From: an uncultured Patescibacteria group bacterium
Lineage (GTDB): Bacteria; Patescibacteriota; Patescibacteriia; Veblenbacterales; UBA10138
Assembly: GCA_937929825.1 (NCBI GenBank)
Contig: CALFUV010000012.1
Span: 44 to 64,043, forward strand
DNA: 64,000 nt
Direction: 5' to 3'
In this document: in pieces, positions 58,673 through 64,000 of the stretch
How positions within the stretch are numbered: the first letter of the stretch is position 1
How the letters are laid out: every line of letters starts with the position of its first letter
Position numbers and translations under genes: made by a program
The notes under the pieces: generated by a model
Told to the model about the DNA's origin: nothing
Databases searched by the model: none
What the model saw: the letters and a program-made list of their open reading frames with translations, nothing else

Positions 58673-59308
58673 TTAAGAAATTTGTTTAATTAATTCAGAA
58701 GCACCAGCTACTGAAACTAACCATTTTGGATAGCGCAATCCATCATAAGCATTCAATTCTCTTATGGCCATTATTTCAACCCCAGCTAAATTTCTCATAG
58801 CGCGGTGCAAATATTTTTCCTTTTCAGTTAATAAAACCAAAACTCGACGGTTATTTATTTTAAGAATGCGCATCAATTCGGCAAAAATTTTGGTTTTATC
58901 AGCTTGAGGAAATTCCTCAATAACTACTACCCGGCCGGTAGTAAAATAATCAGCCACAACCATTTTTTTGGCCTGATTTTTTAATTGCTGGGGTAATCTT
59001 TGTTTATAATTACGAGTATTGCGCGGACCAAAAACCACACCACCACCCACCCACAAAGGTGAACGTATGGAGCCGTGTCTGGCCCGACCAGTACCTTTTT
59101 GGCGCCAAGGTTTTTTACCACCACCAGAAACTTCAGCACGATTTTTGGTATGAGCCGTACCAGCTCGAGCGTTAGCAGCATAAGCCACCACTACCTGATG
59201 AACTAGTTGTGGTTTTATTGGCAACTTTAATAATTGGTCTGGTAAAGAAAAATCTTTTACTTCCTGACCTTGATTATTCAAAATTTTTATTTGACTGATG
59301 CTTTTCAT
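58673..59308 (-). CDS. rplD: 50S ribosomal protein L4
   Basis: 211 aa in the S10-operon position. 'GTAHTKNRAEVSGGGKKPWRQKGTGRAR'. Confidence 0.9.
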   Translation of the reverse strand: MKSISQIKILNNQGQEVKDFSLPDQLLKLPIKPQLVHQVVVAYAANARAGTAHTKNRAEVSGGGKKPWRQKGTGRARHGSIRSPLWVGGGVVFGPRNTRNYKQRLPQQLKNQAKKMVVADYFTTGRVVVIEEFPQADKTKIFAELMRILKINNRRVLVLLTEKEKYLHRAMRNLAGVEIMAIRELNAYDGLRYPKWLVSVAGASELIKQIS

Positions 59309-59317
59309 AAATACTTT

Positions 59318-59932
59318 TTACTTAGCTTGTTTAACTAACAATAAACCATGGCGCGCACCCGGTACAGCACCTTTTACCACCAGCTCGTTTTCTTGAGGAT
59401 TCACTGCTACCACAGTCAAATTACTAACAGTAACTTTTTCATTACCCATACGCCCAGCCATTCGCATACCTTTACGCACATGCTGCACACCACCGGCTCC
59501 AATACTGCCGGGCATGCGAGCCTGATCTTTATGACCATGAGATGAAGGATGACCATGAAAACCATGTCTCTTAACTACGCCCTGAAAACCCTTACCTTTG
59601 GAAAATCCTGTAACATTAACTACATCACCCGGCACAAATTGACTAACATCAATCACCTGACCAACATTATACTCACCTTCTTTAACCCTAAACTCTTTTA
59701 AATATCGCAGATTTTTACCTATCTGTTTTAAATGTCCGGCGCGCGGTTTGTTGGCTGGCTTTTTTGTTTCCACAAAACCTAACTGCACGGCACGATAACC
59801 ATCACGTGACTCATTTTTCACTTGAGTAACCACGCACGGCCCGGCCTGCAAAACCGTTACCGGCACAACGGTGCCATCAGCTTGGAAAGTACGGGACATA
59901 TTTACTTTTTTGGCAAGAATGAACTTAGGCAT
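59318..59932 (-). CDS. rplC: 50S ribosomal protein L3
   Basis: 'NMSRTFQADGTVVPVTVL', 'FSKGKGFQGVVKRHGF'. Confidence 0.9.
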   Translation of the reverse strand: MPKFILAKKVNMSRTFQADGTVVPVTVLQAGPCVVTQVKNESRDGYRAVQLGFVETKKPANKPRAGHLKQIGKNLRYLKEFRVKEGEYNVGQVIDVSQFVPGDVVNVTGFSKGKGFQGVVKRHGFHGHPSSHGHKDQARMPGSIGAGGVQHVRKGMRMAGRMGNEKVTVSNLTVVAVNPQENELVVKGAVPGARHGLLLVKQAK

Positions 59933-60130
59933 ATAATTTAATTAAAAAACCGCCAACCATTTTTCTACACTTGCCTTAATCGGCCAACGGTTTTTTAAGA
60001 ACATAAATGTTTGTGGAAGTAAATTAAGAGATAATTAATAATTTCCTTGTAACCCAGATGTTTTGATTTATCGCAGGTACTCCTTTAAATGGAGCCGTAC
60101 ACGATCAGTCAAAAAGGGTTAGTAACAATA

Positions 60131-60496
60131 CTACATTTTTATTTCTACATCAACTCCGGCAGGTAAATTAAGATTAGTCAAAGAATCGATGATTTTAGAA
60201 TTAGGTTCCAGAATATCAAGCAATCTTTTATGTACCCGCATTTCATACTGCTCTTGGGAATTCTTATCAATAAATGAAGAACGAATAACCGTATAACGTG
60301 ATTTTTCCGTAGGTAAAGGTATGGGGCCCACTACTTGAGCGCCAGCCCGTAAAGCTGTTTCTAAAATAGTCTTAACAGCCTGATCTATAATTTTATGATC
60401 ATAGGCTCTAATGCGAATGCGCAAACGCGGACGAGACTCTTCTTCAGTCTGCGTTTCATTAACCTTCACCTTAGATTCTGTTTTAGTTTGCGTCAT
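60131..60496 (-). CDS. rpsJ: 30S ribosomal protein S10 (with N-terminal extension)
   Basis: '[40 protein letters not shown]'. Confidence 0.9.
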   Translation of the reverse strand: MTQTKTESKVKVNETQTEEESRPRLRIRIRAYDHKIIDQAVKTILETALRAGAQVVGPIPLPTEKSRYTVIRSSFIDKNSQEQYEMRVHKRLLDILEPNSKIIDSLTNLNLPAGVDVEIKM

Positions 60497-60532
60497 GCGC
60501 CCGATTTATTCTAGAAATTAATTTTTAATGTT

Positions 60533-61735
60533 TTACTTAATTATCTTACTCACCACGCCGGAAGCTACCGTGCGTCCGCCTTCGCGAATAGCAAAACGAG
60601 TTTTTTCTTCCAAAGCCACTGGTGAAATAAGTTTTACATTAATCTTAACGTTGTCTCCCGGCATAACCATTTCCACACCCTCAGGCAAACCAACCTCACC
60701 GGTCACATCAGTGGTACGAATGTAAAATTGGGGCTTATAACCTTTCAAGAAAGGAGTATGGCGTCCGCCCTCTTCTTTAGAAAGTACATAAATTTCCGCT
60801 TCAAATTCAGCATGCGGAGTTACCGAGCCGGGCTTAGCTACCACCTGACCACGTTCCACATCATCTTTTTTCAAGCCACGAAGTAGCAAACCAGCATTAT
60901 CACCCGCCCGACCTTCATCCAACTGCTTATTAAACATTTCAATACCGGTGACCACAGTTTTTTGTGTTTCCCGCAAACCAACTATTTCTACTTCTTCGTT
61001 AAGTTTCAAAATACCACGTTCAATACGGCCGGTAACTACTGTACCGCGACCTTCAATGGAGAAAATATCCTCAATTGGCATTAAGAAAGGCTTATCAATA
61101 TCGCGCACGGGTTCAGGAATAAATTCATCCAGCTGCTTTACCAGTTCCAAAACTGATTTAACGTATTCATCATCAATTTTGCCGGCTTGGGCCGCTTCCA
61201 AAGCTTTTAGAGCCGAACCGCGAATAATTGGTGTTTTATCGCCTGGAAAATCATATTTTTTCAAAAGATCTCTCACCTCTTCTTCCACTAAATCAACTAA
61301 ATCTTTTTCATCCACCATATCAACTTTATTTAAGAAAACCACAATATGAGGCACGCCCACTTGACGAGCTAACAAAATATGTTCCCGGGTTTGAGGCATA
61401 GGGCCATCAGCCGCCGAAACCACCAAAATAGCGCCATCCATCTGGGCTGCACCGGTAATCATGTTCTTCACATAGTCAGCATGTCCCGGACAATCCACGT
61501 GAGCATAGTGACGCTTTTCTGATTCATACTCTACGTGAGCTGTATTAATAGTAATACCACGAGCTTTTTCCTCAGGGGCGTTATCAATCTGGTCTACACT
61601 TTTATCCTGAGACTTGTAGCCAGCAATTTTTAAAACCTGCAACAAAGCTGCGGTCAAGGTAGTTTTGCCGTGGTCAACGTGACCAATGGTGCCCACATTA
61701 ACGTGTGGTTTAGAACGATCAAATTTGTCTGCCAT
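60533..61735 (-). CDS. tuf: Elongation factor Tu
   Basis: '[19 protein letters not shown]', 'DCPGHADY', 'NKVD'. Confidence 0.95.
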   Translation of the reverse strand: MADKFDRSKPHVNVGTIGHVDHGKTTLTAALLQVLKIAGYKSQDKSVDQIDNAPEEKARGITINTAHVEYESEKRHYAHVDCPGHADYVKNMITGAAQMDGAILVVSAADGPMPQTREHILLARQVGVPHIVVFLNKVDMVDEKDLVDLVEEEVRDLLKKYDFPGDKTPIIRGSALKALEAAQAGKIDDEYVKSVLELVKQLDEFIPEPVRDIDKPFLMPIEDIFSIEGRGTVVTGRIERGILKLNEEVEIVGLRETQKTVVTGIEMFNKQLDEGRAGDNAGLLLRGLKKDDVERGQVVAKPGSVTPHAEFEAEIYVLSKEEGGRHTPFLKGYKPQFYIRTTDVTGEVGLPEGVEMVMPGDNVKINVKLISPVALEEKTRFAIREGGRTVASGVVSKIIK

Positions 61736-61945
61736 GGAAATTGTACTCCTTCACCCTGTTGCCTCTATCCACCTGAAAAATCCTTATTTTTAAAGGATTT
61801 TTACTGTCAGGTGCTTTGGCTAAAGGGCAAAATTAACTTAATTTTTAGGTTTAAATTAGCTAAATTATTGAAATTAGCTTGTTCACTGTATCACGAGCTA
61901 AAGGTTTTGGCAAGAGGCAAAACCTAACAGAGTTTTCCCCACTTT

Positions 61946-62227
61946 TTACAGAGGCTCTGGGAAATACTGATCATCATCTTCCAGTCCCCCCTGCAAAGGA
62001 TCAACCATTTCCGGTAAATCAGGTTGGGCCTGCTTTTGAATAACGGTTGGTTTAGCCTGAACAGCTGGTTGAGTTTTCCCCAGTGGCAATTTACCCTGAC
62101 TTAAATTTTCGTATTCAGTCAAGGGTACTAAAACTACCGGTTCTGATTCCGGCATTATTAACACTACCTTTTCACCTCGTCGGGCAAATATCTTTTTAAT
62201 TCTTTCCAAATCAACTATTAACGCCAT
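61946..62227 (-). CDS. Small hypothetical protein (Phd/YefM-antitoxin-like N-terminal pattern, acidic tail) inserted between fusA and tuf
   Basis: 'KVVLIMPESEPVVLVPLTEYENL' resembles the YefM/Phd core. No toxin partner adjacent. Confidence 0.35.
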   Translation of the reverse strand: MALIVDLERIKKIFARRGEKVVLIMPESEPVVLVPLTEYENLSQGKLPLGKTQPAVQAKPTVIQKQAQPDLPEMVDPLQGGLEDDDQYFPEPL

Positions 62228-62229
62228 AT

Positions 62230-64000
62230 TTAACCTTGTCTAATGGTCTTGCCTTCACCAATTATACCTTCAGCAATATTACTCGGTACTTGGGCATAAT
62301 GATCAAATTCCATGGTGTAACTACCGCGACCTTGAGTCATGGAGCGCAAAGTTGTGGCATAACCAAACATTTCAGCTAAAGGCACCTCGGCATCCACTAC
62401 CTTTAATCCACCCCGATCGCGCATTTCTTTAATCTGACCACGTTTAGAATTAAGATCGCCAATTACATCACCCATATTGGCTTCTGGTGTAATAACTTCA
62501 ATTTTCATAATAGGTTCAAGTATTACCGGACCAGCTTGTTTGAAAGCAGTCTGAAAAGCAATAGAGCCAGCTATTTTAAAAGCGGCCTCTGATGAATCTA
62601 CATCATGATATGAACCATCATACACCGCAACTTTAACATCTACCACCGGATAGCCAGCTAGCACGCCATTCTCCATAGCCTCTTCCACACCTTTTTGAAT
62701 CGGTTTAATAAATTCTTTGGGAATTACTCCGCCTTTAATTTCATCTATAAATTCAAAGCCTTTACCTTTTTCAGTTTGCGGCTCCACGCGCAGCCAACAA
62801 TGACCATATTGCCCATGGCCGCCAGTTTGACGGATATATTTACCTTCTGCTTTAGCGATTTTGGTAATAGTTTCCTTATAAGCCACTTGGGGTTTGCCTA
62901 CATTAGCTTCCACTTTAAATTCGCGCCTCATGCGATCCACAATAATATCCAAATGCAGCTCACCCATACCCCAAATAATTAACTGTCCTGTTTCCTCATT
63001 GGAACGTATCCGAAAAGTTGGATCTTCTTCCGCTAATTTTTGCAAAGCCATGCCCATTTTTTCCTGATCAGCTTTAGTTTTTGGTTCAATAGCCAAAGAA
63101 ATAACCGGCTCAGGGAAAGTAATAGATTCCAATATTATCTGATTATTTTCTGTGCATAAAGTATGTCCGGTAGAAGTTGATTTTAGGCCCACTGCCGCGG
63201 CAATTTCACCGGCAAAAACCTCATCTACATCTTCACGGCTGTTAGCGTGCAAACGAACAATACGACTAAGTCTTTCTTTTTCCCCGGAAGATGAATTATA
63301 AATATAAGAACCGGCTTTAACAGTACCAGAATAAACCCGGAAAAAAGCCAGTTTGCCTACAAAAGGATCAGAAGCTATTTTAAAAGCCAAAGCGCAGAAA
63401 GGCTCACTGTCTGATGGTTTTCTTTCCACTGTTTCGCCGGTTTTGGGATCAGTGCCGATAACTGCTTTAACATCCAAAGGGCTGGGTAAATAATCCACCA
63501 CGCCATCCAGCAAAAATTGTATGCCTTTATTTTTTAAAGCACTGCCGCAAAAAACAGGCACCAATTCGTTGGCAAGACAAGCTTGTCTTAAAACTCGCTT
63601 TAGATCAGGAACAGGAATCTCCTGTCCTTCCAAATACATTTGTAATAATTTTTCATCATGCTCAGCAATAGCTTCCACTAAAATATGCCTATACTCCTCA
63701 ACTTTTTCTTTCATATCCTCTGGTACTTCCACATCTTCCCATTTTTGCCCAAGCTCATCCTGATAAACCCGCGCCTTCCTTTCTAATAAATCAATAATTC
63801 CTTTAAAGGTTTCTGCCGAGCCAATAGGCAACTGTACAGCATAAGCCCGTTTGGTTAAACGTTCATGAATGGAAGCTATATCAGCGTAAAAATCCGCACC
63901 CATTCTATCCATTTTATTAATAAAACAAATTCTCGGAACTTTATAATCATCAGCATAACGCCAATTAGTTTCAGACTGCGGCTCCACGCCAGCCACACCA
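62230..64000 (-). CDS. fusA: Elongation factor G (N-terminus beyond the window edge)
   Basis: Domains II-V present ('[10 protein letters not shown]', 'HDVDSS', 'LEPIMKIEV'). The reading frame stays open to position 64000. Confidence 0.9.
   Translation of the reverse strand, partial: GVAGVEPQSETNWRYADDYKVPRICFINKMDRMGADFYADIASIHERLTKRAYAVQLPIGSAETFKGIIDLLERKARVYQDELGQKWEDVEVPEDMKEKVEEYRHILVEAIAEHDEKLLQMYLEGQEIPVPDLKRVLRQACLANELVPVFCGSALKNKGIQFLLDGVVDYLPSPLDVKAVIGTDPKTGETVERKPSDSEPFCALAFKIASDPFVGKLAFFRVYSGTVKAGSYIYNSSSGEKERLSRIVRLHANSREDVDEVFAGEIAAAVGLKSTSTGHTLCTENNQIILESITFPEPVISLAIEPKTKADQEKMGMALQKLAEEDPTFRIRSNEETGQLIIWGMGELHLDIIVDRMRREFKVEANVGKPQVAYKETITKIAKAEGKYIRQTGGHGQYGHCWLRVEPQTEKGKGFEFIDEIKGGVIPKEFIKPIQKGVEEAMENGVLAGYPVVDVKVAVYDGSYHDVDSSEAAFKIAGSIAFQTAFKQAGPVILEPIMKIEVITPEANMGDVIGDLNSKRGQIKEMRDRGGLKVVDAEVPLAEMFGYATTLRSMTQGRGSYTMEFDHYAQVPSNIAEGIIGEGKTIRQG

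Noticed and set aside
59933-60130. Possible L4-type attenuator hairpin in the rpsJ leader (AACCGCCAACC...GGCCAACGG region)
   Set aside because: The candidate arms pair only with multiple G-U wobbles and mismatches. There is not enough complementarity to call a structure.
1-64000. CRISPR arrays, retrons, DGR template/variable repeats, transposases, integrases and toxin-antitoxin pairs
   Set aside because: I scanned for regularly spaced direct repeats and for RT/integrase/transposase-like ORFs and found none. The only repeat-like elements are the operator palindromes and terminator hairpins listed above.
1-64000. Alternative genetic code (UGA recoding, as in SR1/Gracilibacteria)
   Set aside because: Conserved proteins (EF-Tu, SecY, CopA, r-proteins) translate at full length with standard stops, so the standard bacterial code applies.

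Overview
AT-rich, gene-dense bacterial window with many overlapping or abutting genes, almost all on the minus strand.

Its core is the str/S10/spc ribosomal super-operon, running fusA (partial at the window edge), a small inserted ORF, tuf, rpsJ, then rplC through rplO, secY, adk, map and ruvX. No L30 gene lies between rpsE and rplO, S14 is the short Zn-ribbon type, and there is no infA or rpmJ after map. With the compact genome style this suggests, as inference only, a Candidate Phyla Radiation / Patescibacteria-like organism using the standard genetic code.

Other content:
- Seven minus-strand tRNAs: Pro, Trp, Thr-TGT, Tyr, Thr-GGT, Asn and Lys. An unannotated rpmG (L33, 51 aa) sits between tRNA-Thr and tRNA-Trp.
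- A copper cluster: CopA, an HMA / DsbD-like membrane / cupredoxin fusion protein, and an ArsR regulator with a TRASH domain.
- An arsR-cutA-transporter-dedA operon flanked by two perfect palindromes sharing a TTCTATAGAA core.
- metK preceded by a SAM-I riboswitch whose expression platform looks translational.
- zupT with a Zur/Fur-like palindrome over its start region.
- Two glycosidases (GH1 and a GH-A-clan enzyme), the dnaQ-like / dnaB / ybaB / recR replication genes, fba-tpiA and scpAB.
- aspS and a second AsnRS-like class IIb synthetase, separated by an isochorismatase-family gene that is split exactly at an in-frame A_AAA_AAG heptamer (the dnaX-type -1 frameshift site).
- A truncated [FeFe]-hydrogenase H-cluster-like protein.
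- An SF2 helicase with Hef/RIG-I-like topology, start-stop coupled to a small ORF.
- A low-GC block holding GNAT remnants, a basic Trp-rich protein, TspO, and decayed Gfo/Idh/MocA and rhodanese fragments next to tRNA-Asn.

No CRISPR arrays, transposases, integrases or reverse transcriptases were seen. Nothing here was checked by a database search; all family calls rest on motifs read from the translations.
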